Assembly (NCBI GenBank): GCA_963700145.1
Contig: OY969474.1
Span: 4,928,001-4,992,000, forward strand
Direction of reading: 5' to 3'
DNA length: 64,000 bases
Origin: an uncultured Acidobacteriota bacterium
GTDB lineage: Bacteria; Acidobacteriota; Thermoanaerobaculia; Multivoradales; UBA5704
Shown here: positions 40,723 through 49,838 of the stretch, in pieces
Layout: each line of letters begins with the position of its first letter
Numbering within the stretch: position 1 is the stretch's first letter
Notes under the pieces: generated by a model
Database searches by the model: none
What the model was told of the DNA's origin: nothing
What the model saw: only the letters and a program-made list of their open reading frames with translations
Translations under genes and position numbers: made by a program

Positions 40723-42393
40723 TCACCCATCTCCGCGAGCGCTCCGGCGGCGCCCGCTCCCTAATCTCCATAGCAACAACCCGCCGAATAGCAGGGCGAC
40801 CGCCGCCCCGGCCGGCTGAGCCCAGGCGAGCCCCGCGCCCGCGAGCTGCCGCACGAGGAGCGTCAGCGCCGCGACCGCGGCGACGAACGCCGCGACCAGC
40901 AAGGTCGCGCCTCGCTCGTCGCCGCGCTCGGGACGGCCGACGTAGCTTGCCGGCTGCCGCGTGCCGTCCGCGGCGCGGGTGAGCGCTTCGTCGAGGTGCC
41001 GTGGGAGCTCGGCCATCAGCACCGCGTAGCGCTCCAAGCTCTCGCGCATCTCGGTCAGCGTCATCATGTCGCGGAGCTGCCCGGCGGTGGTCAGCAGCCG
41101 CACCTCCTGCAGGGCTTCGGCCAGCGCGTCCTGCTCCGGCGCCAGCCGGCGGGCCGCCGCGGCGACCGCGAACAGGCCGCGGTAGAAGGCGACCAGGTGG
41201 GCGCGCGGCCGGTAGCCGCACGCGCGCGCCAGACGCCAGTGCACGAAGAGGTGCTCGGCGAGGCTGTCGCCGCTCGCGCTCCAGGCGCCGTCGCGGAAAG
41301 GGACCACTTGGCGCAGGCGGAGGCGGACCTGCTTCTCGCCGGCGGCCGTGGCGCCGGTCATCTCCCGCAACAGGTAGGTGCACGCCCGGTCGGGATCGCG
41401 CTCCGAGGCCGCGATCAGGTAGCCCCAGAGGTGGCTCTGGGAGAGCGCGGTAGGCGCCGCGAACGGCCCGCCGGTGAAGGCGATGCGGCCTTCCGCGAGC
41501 ACCACGAGCCCGGCGATCGGCTCGACCGGGAACGAAGGGCCCCGCAACGCCCGGTAAAGCCAGGCGATCGCCACCCGCCGTGCCATGCTCAAGCGGTCCT
41601 GGCGCTCGAGGAGAGCGGAGCCCGGCTTCGCGTAGCCGGGCTGCAGCGCTTCGTCCAGAGGCACTCCCCCGACCCACTCGAGGGTGATCGCCTTGGGGCG
41701 CGCGAGCTCCCGCACGACCCGCGGGGTCGAGATCAGGTCCAAGCGGCCCGCATCGGTGGCCAGGGCGTCCAGCGCCGCCGCCTGCGCCGCGAGGTCGAGC
41801 ATGTCGGGCAGAGCCTGGCGGAAGTCGTCCACGGCCACCGCCAGCGGGCGATCGAGCGCCTCGCCGGGGCCCGGGACGTCGGCGAGCAGGTCGAGCAGCT
41901 CCAGGTCCGGCTCGAGCCACGCCTCCAGCCCCGGCCGCACCACCCGCACCAGGACCGGCTCGCCGTTGCGCAGCGTCGCGCGGTGCGCCTGGACGAGGAG
42001 GCGCGACTCGAACGGCGCCTCGTCGAGCTCGGCGTAGAGGTCGCGCGGTTCACGCCCCAGCTCGGCCGCGAGGCGCTCGAGGACGGCGCCGGCCGGCGCC
42101 GGCTGCGCGCGGTCTGGCAGCGCCGCCAGCTCGACGCAGTCGGCGACCGGCAGCAGGTCGGGGCGCGAGCCGAGATAGACCGCGAAGGACGAGAAGACCG
42201 GCCCCAGCCGCTCGAGCGCTCCGCGCAGGCGGCGGCCGAAGCCTCCGTCCTGCGCCGCCGCCGTCGCGGGCCGGGGATCCAGGCCGCGCGGCCCGCCGAA
42301 CAGCTCGCACTCGGCGAAGCAGCGCTGGACCTCCTGCCGGCGCCGCTGCCGCTCGCCGAGCGGCGGCCGCACGCGATCCGCTCGGCTCCTCAT
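40723..42393 (-). CDS. ABC1/UbiB-family pseudokinase
   Basis: LERLGPVF..RPDLLP..L.DR scaffold, but the KxxQ, AxAS, VxK, HxD and DFG equivalents are degenerate. Two C-terminal TM helices. Confidence 0.75.
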   Translation of the reverse strand: MRSRADRVRPPLGERQRRRQEVQRCFAECELFGGPRGLDPRPATAAAQDGGFGRRLRGALERLGPVFSSFAVYLGSRPDLLPVADCVELAALPDRAQPAPAGAVLERLAAELGREPRDLYAELDEAPFESRLLVQAHRATLRNGEPVLVRVVRPGLEAWLEPDLELLDLLADVPGPGEALDRPLAVAVDDFRQALPDMLDLAAQAAALDALATDAGRLDLISTPRVVRELARPKAITLEWVGGVPLDEALQPGYAKPGSALLERQDRLSMARRVAIAWLYRALRGPSFPVEPIAGLVVLAEGRIAFTGGPFAAPTALSQSHLWGYLIAASERDPDRACTYLLREMTGATAAGEKQVRLRLRQVVPFRDGAWSASGDSLAEHLFVHWRLARACGYRPRAHLVAFYRGLFAVAAAARRLAPEQDALAEALQEVRLLTTAGQLRDMMTLTEMRESLERYAVLMAELPRHLDEALTRAADGTRQPASYVGRPERGDERGATLLVAAFVAAVAALTLLVRQLAGAGLAWAQPAGAAVALLFGGLLLWRLGSGRRRSARGDG

Positions 42394-42542
42394 CGCGCCG
42401 CTCGCCGCCGCGCTGCCCGCGCCGGCAGCGGCTGGTACTCGAACACCGAGCCCAGCCTGTTCTCGCGCTTGAGCATGGGATACCAGACCTCGATCGCCAG
42501 CGTCGCCGTCGACGCCCTCCAGCTCGGCAGCGTGTTGTCGCA
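42390..42542 (-). pseudogene. orphan 3' gene fragment
   Basis: Reads CDNTLPSWRASTATLAIEVWYPMLKRENRLGSVFEYQPLP.. with coding-like codons and ends in an ATGA overlap with the pseudokinase. In-frame TAA upstream and no start at its 5' end. Confidence 0.45.
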
Positions 42543-42578
42543 AGAACGTTACCATGATCCAGGGCTGCCGCAGCTCCG

Positions 42579-42995
42579 CTATGCACCGGGCGCGGGGATC
42601 GGCCCCCAGCCCGACTGCGGCTGCGGCGCGGAGGGCACGGCCTGGGTGGAGCGCTGCATCAGGTCGACGCCGGCCTGCGCGGTCTGGCAGATTGCGTCGG
42701 CGCCGGTGCGCATCGCGCCGGTGGCGCCGGGGGCCCAGGCGGCTGGGTTCCAGGTGCCGCCGGAGCCGATCATCCCGAACATCATGTCGACCATCCCCTT
42801 CTGCATGCTGTCGCCAGCCCGGTACAGCGACCGCAGCGTCTGCCCGAGTTGCCCCTCGGTTGTGCTGGACACCCCGTTCAACGAAGAGGCGGCCTGGCCC
42901 CAGGTCTGCGGCATCAGCAGGTTGGCCGCCTGCTTCAAGCCGAACAGTGACATCGCCCACGAGAAGCTCATCATCGACTTCGTCAGTTCGCGCAA
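42579..42995 (-). CDS. hypothetical 'SWAMSL' domain protein
   Basis: MRELTKSMMSFSWAMSLFG..GDSMQKGMVDMMFG..GWGP. AAGGAG RBS before TTG. Confidence 0.8.
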   Translation of the reverse strand: MRELTKSMMSFSWAMSLFGLKQAANLLMPQTWGQAASSLNGVSSTTEGQLGQTLRSLYRAGDSMQKGMVDMMFGMIGSGGTWNPAAWAPGATGAMRTGADAICQTAQAGVDLMQRSTQAVPSAPQPQSGWGPIPAPGA

Positions 42996-43031
42996 GGGAC
43001 AGCTCCTTTCTTCCGGGCTCGCCCGGCTTGG

Positions 43032-44699
43032 TCAGGCGAGCCTGAGCATGATTCGGAACAGCATCGCCAGAGCGGCGCCGGCCAGCACGGCCTCCGCCGT
43101 GAACAGGTTGATCCCGGGCTCGGCGGGTCCCCCCGCCACCAGCATCAGCAGCGACAGTGCGCAGGCCGTGACGGCGAGCTGGAGCGCCCGCTGGCGCGAC
43201 TCTCGATGGGACGCCGGGGCGGACCGCGGTACTTCGGCCGCGCCGGGCGGCCCGTCGGCGGCGAACTGCTCCAGGGCTTTCGCCGCCCGAAACGCTCCGT
43301 CGCGGAGCAACCGGGCGCTGGCGCCGGTCCAGTCGATGAGCCGGTCCTCGGCCACCAGCCGCTGCCACCCCTCCCGCCGCAGGTTGCGCTCGCAGACCTC
43401 GGCGAGGTAGGCGCCGACGTCGAACCCGGGCGCGAAGCGGGTGATGAGGCCGTCGATGGCGATGGCCGAGCGGATGTACTTGATGACGTCCCGCTCCGGC
43501 CAGATGCCGGTGGTGCGCGACAGCCGCAGCATGTCGAGCATCACCAGGGTGAAGTTCTTGCGCAGCTTGCGCTGCTTGCCGCGCTGCTCGTACCAGGCCT
43601 CGGCGAAGCGGTCGAGACCGGCGCGGAAGGCGGCGACGTCCGCGCCGGTGTCGAGAGTGGAGACCTTGAGGAAGGCGGTGCACATCCCGTCGAGGTCGCC
43701 GCGCGTGTAGGCCAGGGTCATGGTGATCAGATGACCGCGGGAGTATTGGCTGAGCACGCCGGTGATGCCGAAGTCGACGTAGCCGACGACGTTGCCGGGC
43801 TGGATCAGCAGGTTCGCCGGATGCAGGTCGGCGTGGAAGATGCCGTGGCGGAAGGCGTCGCCCAGGAAGTTGTCGATCATGTGGCGGCCGAACCGGTCGG
43901 GCTCGAAGCCGGCGGCGGCGAGCCGCCGCGGCAGCAGCTCCTCGCCGCTCTCCAGCGCCCGCAGGTAGTCGAGCACGGTGACGCCTTCGAGGAACTCGAC
44001 CGTCAACACCCGCGGCGTGGTGAGCTCGACGACCAGCTCCGGCACCCGCTCGTGGGGGTTGTCCTGCGCGTTGACCCGCAGCCGCTCCATGTAGCGGGCC
44101 TCGTTGCGGTAGTCGAGCTCCTCCAGAGTCCAGGCCACGAACTCGCTCATCGGCTCGATCACCCACTCGAGCCGGCGGATGCGGAAGCGGCGGATCGCCC
44201 CGACCATCGCGCTCATCAGCCGGATGTCGCCGGCGAAGTCGGTGACGACGATCGGCCGCTGCACCTTGACGGCGAGCTTGCGGCCGCCGCGCCAGGCGAC
44301 GTGCACCTGGCCGATCGATGCGGTAGCCAGGGGCTGCCGCTCGAAGACGTCGAAGAGCTCGTCGGGGCCGCGCCCCAGGTCGGCGCGCACCACCGCCTCG
44401 ACCTCCGCGTACGGGAACGGCGCCACCCGGTCGAGCAGGTCGAAGAGGGCGTTGCAGTACTCCAGCGACAGGATGTCGGGCTGCAGCGCCAGCATCTGGC
44501 CGAACTTGATGAAGGTGCCGCCGAGGTCCTCCAGCAGAGCGGCGAAGCGCCGCGGGCCGGGGAGGTCCCCCGGCGGCAGCCGCCGGGCGAGCGCCGGCCA
44601 GCGCGCCAGCCGCGGGCCGAGCGCGTGCGCCACGCCGTGCGCCGCGAGCACGCGCAGGATGTTCCCGAGCCGGCGGAGGTTGGCGGCGGCGGTCCTCAC
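43032..44699 (-). CDS. ABC1/UbiB/AarF-family kinase
   Basis: LGGTFIKFGQ, LATASIGQVH, AVKVQRP, FHADLHPAN and VDFG. Confidence 0.92.
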   Translation of the reverse strand: MRTAAANLRRLGNILRVLAAHGVAHALGPRLARWPALARRLPPGDLPGPRRFAALLEDLGGTFIKFGQMLALQPDILSLEYCNALFDLLDRVAPFPYAEVEAVVRADLGRGPDELFDVFERQPLATASIGQVHVAWRGGRKLAVKVQRPIVVTDFAGDIRLMSAMVGAIRRFRIRRLEWVIEPMSEFVAWTLEELDYRNEARYMERLRVNAQDNPHERVPELVVELTTPRVLTVEFLEGVTVLDYLRALESGEELLPRRLAAAGFEPDRFGRHMIDNFLGDAFRHGIFHADLHPANLLIQPGNVVGYVDFGITGVLSQYSRGHLITMTLAYTRGDLDGMCTAFLKVSTLDTGADVAAFRAGLDRFAEAWYEQRGKQRKLRKNFTLVMLDMLRLSRTTGIWPERDVIKYIRSAIAIDGLITRFAPGFDVGAYLAEVCERNLRREGWQRLVAEDRLIDWTGASARLLRDGAFRAAKALEQFAADGPPGAAEVPRSAPASHRESRQRALQLAVTACALSLLMLVAGGPAEPGINLFTAEAVLAGAALAMLFRIMLRLA

Positions 44700-46357
44700 G
44701 GCCGCGCTCCTCCCGGCGCCGAAGCGGGCTCGGCGACCGGTCCATCTTCGGCGTCGAAGATGGAGCCCCAGAAGAGGTGCTTGCGCCGCCGCAGCATGTC
44801 GGCGATCGCTTCCTCCAGCCGGCCGCGCACTTCCTGGCTGATCGCCTGGACGATCGCCGGATCGTCCGCCGCCTCGGGCGGGTAGCGGCCGGCGACGTGC
44901 AGCGGCTCGAGGAAGCGAGTGTGCCACTTCGAGGGCAGCGGCAGGCCGGGGAGCGGGAAGTTGGGGCCGAGCGGGAAGTACGGCCACTCGAGGAAGCGGT
45001 GCACCCAGCCGGCGTTGAGGCGCGCGAAGATCGGGTAGATCTCGGCGCTGCCGACGGTGACGAAGGGGACGATCGGCGCGCCGTGCCGCAACGCCATCTT
45101 CACGTACTCGTCGCGCCCGAACTTGCCGAGCAGGTAGGCGCGGCGGTAGGGCGTGAAGGCGCCGTGGATCCCCTCCGGGAACATCCCCAGCAGCTCGCCG
45201 CGCTCGAGCACCCAGTCGCCGTTCTCCTGGCAGGCCGGGATGCCGCCGAGCTTGGTCATGTAGTTGGCCAGGAACGGCTGCTTGACCAGGCAGGGGTGGA
45301 TGAGGAAGCGGATGATCCGCCCGGTCCCCCGCGCCACGGTGTGCAGCGCCATCACTCCGTCCCAGGGCATGAAGCCGCGGTGCACGCCGGTCAGCACGGC
45401 CGCGCCGCGCCGGGGCACGTGCTCGAGGCCGCGCACCTCGATGCGCCAGTAGGCGCGGTGGAGGAAGCGGAAGAGGGTGCGGCCGTAGGCCGCGATGTAC
45501 CGCTCGTCCATGCCGTAGTCGTCGAAGTCGGGGGCGCCGGCCGGGTCGCGCCCGCCGGCGGCGAGGAGCGCCTCGGCGCTCGAGCGCTGCGGCGCCCAGC
45601 CGAGGGCGCGCAGCCGGCGGTCGCCGACCGTCCAGGGGTGGCGCAGGTAGGCCAGCTCGGCGGCGTTGGCCCGCCCAAAGAGGCGGAGCAGCGGCCCGGG
45701 GAGCGGCAGGGCGCTGGCGCCGGCCAGGCGGAGGGCGTCGCGCACCGGCACGACGCCGCGCGGCGCGACGTGGAAGACGCCGTCCGCGTCGCGGTCGACG
45801 ACGCAGCCGACCGCGGCGGCGAGGTCCTCGGGCGCCAGGAGCTGGAGCGAAGGGCCCCAGCCGGCCAGCGGGAAGGCGCGGCGCCGCAGCAGGAAGCGGG
45901 CGAGGGGGTCGCCGCCGTCGCGCGCCACCACCGTCGCCGGCCGCAGCACCGCCAGCCGCCCGCCCCAGCCGGCGGCGGCCGCCGCGGCCATCGCCTCGAG
46001 CTCCAGCCAGCGGCGGGCGATCGGGTTGCGGCCGCGCGGGCGCGTCTCCTCGCCGACGTGGCCGGCGTGCTCGTGCACGGGGTCGTGGACCTGTGCGCTC
46101 GACAGCAGCACCAGCCGCCGCGGCCGGACCGCGCCGAGGGCGTCGAAAAAGCGCGCCGCCGCGTCCAGGTCGGGCCCGCGGCCGGGGAGCGCCCGCGGCC
46201 GGAAGACCACGGTCTCGGTCCCGGCGTCGAGCCGCGCTGCCGCCGCCGGCTCGTCGCCGAGGAGAGCCAGTGCGTCCGCGGCGTCGCCGCCGCGCAGCCG
46301 TTCGGCGATCGCGGCGCTGACGCCGTCCCGCGGCCCGACGAAGGCGACTCTGGCCAT
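44696..46357 (-). CDS. degenerate NAD-dependent epimerase/SDR domain fused to PlsC-type acyltransferase
   Basis: N-terminal Rossmann-like domain (VLLSSAQV, VLRPATV). C-terminal HRGFMPWD (HxxxxxD), FPEG and GAPIVP. Confidence 0.82.
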   Translation of the reverse strand: MARVAFVGPRDGVSAAIAERLRGGDAADALALLGDEPAAAARLDAGTETVVFRPRALPGRGPDLDAAARFFDALGAVRPRRLVLLSSAQVHDPVHEHAGHVGEETRPRGRNPIARRWLELEAMAAAAAAGWGGRLAVLRPATVVARDGGDPLARFLLRRRAFPLAGWGPSLQLLAPEDLAAAVGCVVDRDADGVFHVAPRGVVPVRDALRLAGASALPLPGPLLRLFGRANAAELAYLRHPWTVGDRRLRALGWAPQRSSAEALLAAGGRDPAGAPDFDDYGMDERYIAAYGRTLFRFLHRAYWRIEVRGLEHVPRRGAAVLTGVHRGFMPWDGVMALHTVARGTGRIIRFLIHPCLVKQPFLANYMTKLGGIPACQENGDWVLERGELLGMFPEGIHGAFTPYRRAYLLGKFGRDEYVKMALRHGAPIVPFVTVGSAEIYPIFARLNAGWVHRFLEWPYFPLGPNFPLPGLPLPSKWHTRFLEPLHVAGRYPPEAADDPAIVQAISQEVRGRLEEAIADMLRRRKHLFWGSIFDAEDGPVAEPASAPGGARP

Positions 46358-46374
46358 GCTCCTTCGGCTCCTCG

Positions 46375-47958
46375 CTATCCCGCCCGCGCCCACCCCGCCG
46401 GGCCGGCGCGGCTCGGCACCAGGGACGGCTCCAGCGCCGTCCCGAACGGCTCGTCGAGCGCGGCGTCGCGCCCGTCCAGGATGCGGCGGGCCACCTGCTG
46501 CGCCGAGACGATCACCGGCGTGATCCCGCCCCCCGGCTGCACCCAGTGGCCGACGAGGTGGAGGTTGCGCACCGGGCTCTCGGTCCCCGGCCGGTCCGGG
46601 CCGAGCTGGTCGGGCGACATCTCCCAGCCCAGCATCGCCCCCTGATGGTTGAGGGTGAAGCGCCACGAGGTCTGCGCCGTGGCGCTGCTGCTGACCACGA
46701 TGTGCTCGCCGATCCCGGGGAGCACCCTCTCGAGGTTGCCGAAGACGTACTCCTCGAGCCGCCGCTTGTGCGCCGGCCAGTCGGTGATCCCGTCGTAGTC
46801 GATGTCGAGCACCTTCTGGACGATCAGGACCTTCCCCCCCTCCGGCGCCATCGCCGGCTCGTAGAGGGTGGGCGAGAAGAGCTTGAAGCGCAGCGCGTTG
46901 CGCCCCATCCCCCGCGGGTCCCAGTCGTCCCAGTAGTAGCCCTGCGCCGCGTTCAGCACTTCGTCGGGCACGTCGCGCAGGCCGAGGTGGGTAAGCCAGC
47001 AAGGGAAGGTGCAGCGCAGCTCGCGCAGCGCCGCGAGGTGGCCGTCGGGCAGGTGCTCCTCCCCGACCAGCTCCTCGTAGGTGAGCAGGAGGTCGGCGTT
47101 CGAGACCACGACGTCGCTGCGCACCGCGGCGGGCCCCCGCCACGGGCCGCGCAGCGTCTCGAGCTCCACCCCGCGCGCCGTGCCGTCCTCGATCAGGATG
47201 CGCCGCGCCGCCGTGCTCATCAGCACGTGGCCGCCCTGCTCCTCGAGGCGCAGCGCCAGCTCGTCGGCGAAGGCCTGCGAGCCTCCCTTCGGGTAGTAAT
47301 TGCCGAGGAAGTAGGAGAGCCGCAGCATCGAGTCGAAGACGAAGGAGGTGCGGTCGGGGGGCGAGCCCCAGTGCGGCGCGTCGGCGGTCAGCAGGAGCTT
47401 GAGCTTGGGGTCGCGGAACCACTCGTCGAGCGCGTCCATCACCGTGACTTCGCGCAGCGGCTGGAGCTTCTCGACGCGCGCCGCCGGCAGGCCGCGGAAG
47501 TAGTGCAGGAGGCCGGCGAAGTAGGCCTTCCGCACCGTGCCGAAGAAGCCGTCGAGGGCCGCTTCCTCGTGCGGGAACTCGGCCTTGAGGGCGTCGAGGT
47601 AGGTCTCGAAGTCGGCGGCGACGGCGAAGCGCGTGCCGTCGGGGAAGTGGAAGACGTCGACCGGGTCCATCTTGACCCAGCCCGTCGTGACGCCGAGCTC
47701 GGCGAGGATGCGCCCCGGCAGCGTCTCGGGGTTGCCGAGCAGCGGGTAGAAATGAGTGGCGGCGTCGAAGGTGTAGCCGCCGCGGCGGAAGGTGCTGCAG
47801 AAGCCCCCGGCCATGTAGTGCTGCTCGACGAGCAGTACCTTCATGCCGCCGCGCGCCAGCAGGTTGGCCGCGATCAAGCCGCCGATGCCGGAGCCGATGA
47901 TCACCGCGTCGTAGCGCGGGTCGGGCGGCCGGCGCAGGCCGCGGAAGGGTCGCTTCAT
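46375..47958 (-). CDS. phytoene desaturase (CrtI)-superfamily FAD oxidoreductase
   Basis: IIGSGIGG, AGGFCSTFRRGGYTFD, YYPKGGS and VGHWVQPGGGI. Confidence 0.88.
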   Translation of the reverse strand: MKRPFRGLRRPPDPRYDAVIIGSGIGGLIAANLLARGGMKVLLVEQHYMAGGFCSTFRRGGYTFDAATHFYPLLGNPETLPGRILAELGVTTGWVKMDPVDVFHFPDGTRFAVAADFETYLDALKAEFPHEEAALDGFFGTVRKAYFAGLLHYFRGLPAARVEKLQPLREVTVMDALDEWFRDPKLKLLLTADAPHWGSPPDRTSFVFDSMLRLSYFLGNYYPKGGSQAFADELALRLEEQGGHVLMSTAARRILIEDGTARGVELETLRGPWRGPAAVRSDVVVSNADLLLTYEELVGEEHLPDGHLAALRELRCTFPCWLTHLGLRDVPDEVLNAAQGYYWDDWDPRGMGRNALRFKLFSPTLYEPAMAPEGGKVLIVQKVLDIDYDGITDWPAHKRRLEEYVFGNLERVLPGIGEHIVVSSSATAQTSWRFTLNHQGAMLGWEMSPDQLGPDRPGTESPVRNLHLVGHWVQPGGGITPVIVSAQQVARRILDGRDAALDEPFGTALEPSLVPSRAGPAGWARAG

Positions 47959-47995
47959 TGGAGAGAACCGCCTCCGCGGGGGAGGGAGCGCCGCA

Positions 47996-49219
47996 TCACG
48001 GCTGGTCTCCTTGCGGGCGGTTCCGCCCATAGGTCTCGTGCGCGTTCACGAACTCCCCCGACGCCAGGGCCGCCCCCATCGACAGCTCGCCGGCGAGCAG
48101 CGTCGCGGCGGCGACCTCCGCCAGCTTCCGCGCCCCGCCGGCGCCGGCACAGCCCAGCAGCTCCAGGCACTCCTGCGCCGTCCCCAGAGCGGTGCCGCCC
48201 CCCACCGTCGCCACGGTGAGCGACGGCAGGGTGACGCTGGCGTAGAGGTCGCCTCCCGCGAGCTCCTCGAACTGTGTCATGCCGACGGCCGAGTTGGCCA
48301 GGTTCGCCACGTCCTGGCCGCAGGCGATGAAGAGCGCCGCCAGGCCGTTGGCGTAGTGGCCGCTGTAGCCGATCGCGCCCGCCTGGATCTTGCCCGTCAC
48401 GGTATGTCGCCAGAGCTCCGCCAGCTCGCCGGCCGAGACGTGCAGGTAGGTCTGCAACAGCCGCGCCGGCAGGCGCGCGCCGGCCACCACGCGCTTCCCC
48501 TTGCCGCCGGCCAGGAGGCCGCCCCCGGCCTGCTTCTCGCCGTCGAGGCCGCTGAAGATCGAGTAGCCGCGGGCGCGGCCGTGGGCGACGATCCAGCGGC
48601 AGGCGGCGTCGGTGGCGCGCACGATCATGTTCATGCCGTGCGCGTCGCCGGTCGAGTAGCAGAAGTTGACCATCACCTCCCGCCCCACCGCCCGCGGCTC
48701 CAGCCGCAGCAGCCGGCCGTGGCGGGTGGTGGCCTCGGCGGCGGCGCGGATCTCGGCGAAGTCGGCCGCCAGCTCGTCGACGAAGCGGCAGGCCTCCTCG
48801 ACGCTGTCGAGGAAGAAGGCGGGGGCGACGCGGTTCTCGTCCTGGTAGAGGTGGACGGCGGCGCCGCCGGCGCGCGTCAGCGTGACCATGCCGCGCTCGT
48901 AGGAGCGCACCAGCGCCCCCTCGTTGGTCGCCAGCGGCACGTAGAAGAGCCCCCGGGCGTGCTCGCCGTGGACGAGCAGCGGCCCGGCCAGGCCGAGCGG
49001 CACTTGCGCCACGCCGATCGGGTTCTCCACCTTGCCGCGCATCGCCAGGGTGGGAAGCGGCTCAGAGCCGACGTGCCGCAGCGCCACGCCCGCGCGCTCT
49101 TCGATCCAGCGCCGCCGCGCCGCGACCTGCGCGTCGCCGTACCCCTGCTCCTCGAAGCGCGGCACCAGGTCGGCCGCGCGCATCGCCGACGGGAAGGCGG
49201 TGACGGTCGTGCGCGCCAC
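47996..49219 (-). CDS. HMG-CoA reductase-like protein, copy 1
   Basis: ENPIG..PLGLAGPL, ATNEG, DAHGMNM, GQDVA, TVGGGT, LAGELS and a C-terminal His. Confidence 0.88.
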   Translation of the reverse strand: MARTTVTAFPSAMRAADLVPRFEEQGYGDAQVAARRRWIEERAGVALRHVGSEPLPTLAMRGKVENPIGVAQVPLGLAGPLLVHGEHARGLFYVPLATNEGALVRSYERGMVTLTRAGGAAVHLYQDENRVAPAFFLDSVEEACRFVDELAADFAEIRAAAEATTRHGRLLRLEPRAVGREVMVNFCYSTGDAHGMNMIVRATDAACRWIVAHGRARGYSIFSGLDGEKQAGGGLLAGGKGKRVVAGARLPARLLQTYLHVSAGELAELWRHTVTGKIQAGAIGYSGHYANGLAALFIACGQDVANLANSAVGMTQFEELAGGDLYASVTLPSLTVATVGGGTALGTAQECLELLGCAGAGGARKLAEVAAATLLAGELSMGAALASGEFVNAHETYGRNRPQGDQP

Positions 49220-49262
49220 GCTCAGACCTCCGCCCCGTCCCCCGCGAGGGCCACGCGCCCTT

Positions 49263-49541
49263 TCATCCCTCCACCGCCTGGGCCTTCCGCGCCAGCTCGC
49301 CCAGCCGCCCCTGGACGAGGGCGACCATCGCCGGCAGGTTGTCGATCTCCTTGTAGCGGTCGTCCGCCAGCCCGAGCTGGAAGTTGTAATCGACGTCGAC
49401 GCCGATCTCGAGCAGCGACAGGGAGTCGAGGTTGAGATCGTCGCGGAGCGTCGCCTCGTCGGGGATGCGCGCCGGGTCGAGGCCGGCGACGTGGGCGATG
49501 ATCTCCTTCAGGCGGGTGCGGATCGCGTCGGTGTCGTTCAT
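49263..49541 (-). CDS. acyl carrier protein, copy 1
   Basis: DDLNLDSLSLLEI phosphopantetheine motif in an acidic 92-aa protein. Confidence 0.92.
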   Translation of the reverse strand: MNDTDAIRTRLKEIIAHVAGLDPARIPDEATLRDDLNLDSLSLLEIGVDVDYNFQLGLADDRYKEIDNLPAMVALVQGRLGELARKAQAVEG

Positions 49542-49766
49542 GCGCCCTCACTGACCGCACGCCGCCACCGGCCGCCGGCGGCGGAGAGCAGTCGAAGTCC
49601 GTGGTGAGCCTGCCGGGCGGCAGGCAAAGGGGCGGCAGCTCGGCGGACGCCGAGCCGCGCATTCGAGTCGACGGTTGAGCGGACGCAAGCGGCAATCCCT
49701 CCGGGCCCTCCGGCCGACTTGCGTCCCGTCAGCCGCGATGGCCGCATTGCCCGTCTTTCAAATGAA

Positions 49767-49775
49767 TTTATAACA
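49767..49775 (-). promoter_or_regulatory. putative extended -10 promoter element for the ACP1 operon
   Basis: TGTTATAAA on the minus strand in an AT-rich patch about 230 nt upstream of ACP1. Confidence 0.4.
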
Positions 49776-49838
49776 TAAGGCCCACGATGCTACCAGGAGT
49801 CTGCGAGGGAAAATCGGGAGCGCCGGCTCCCATAATCT

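Noticed and set aside
40723-44745. 1340-aa ORF as one giant protein
   Set aside because: The upstream part is an Arg/Ala/Pro-rich off-frame reading over the real kinase and SWAMSL genes. The coding part starts near 42393.
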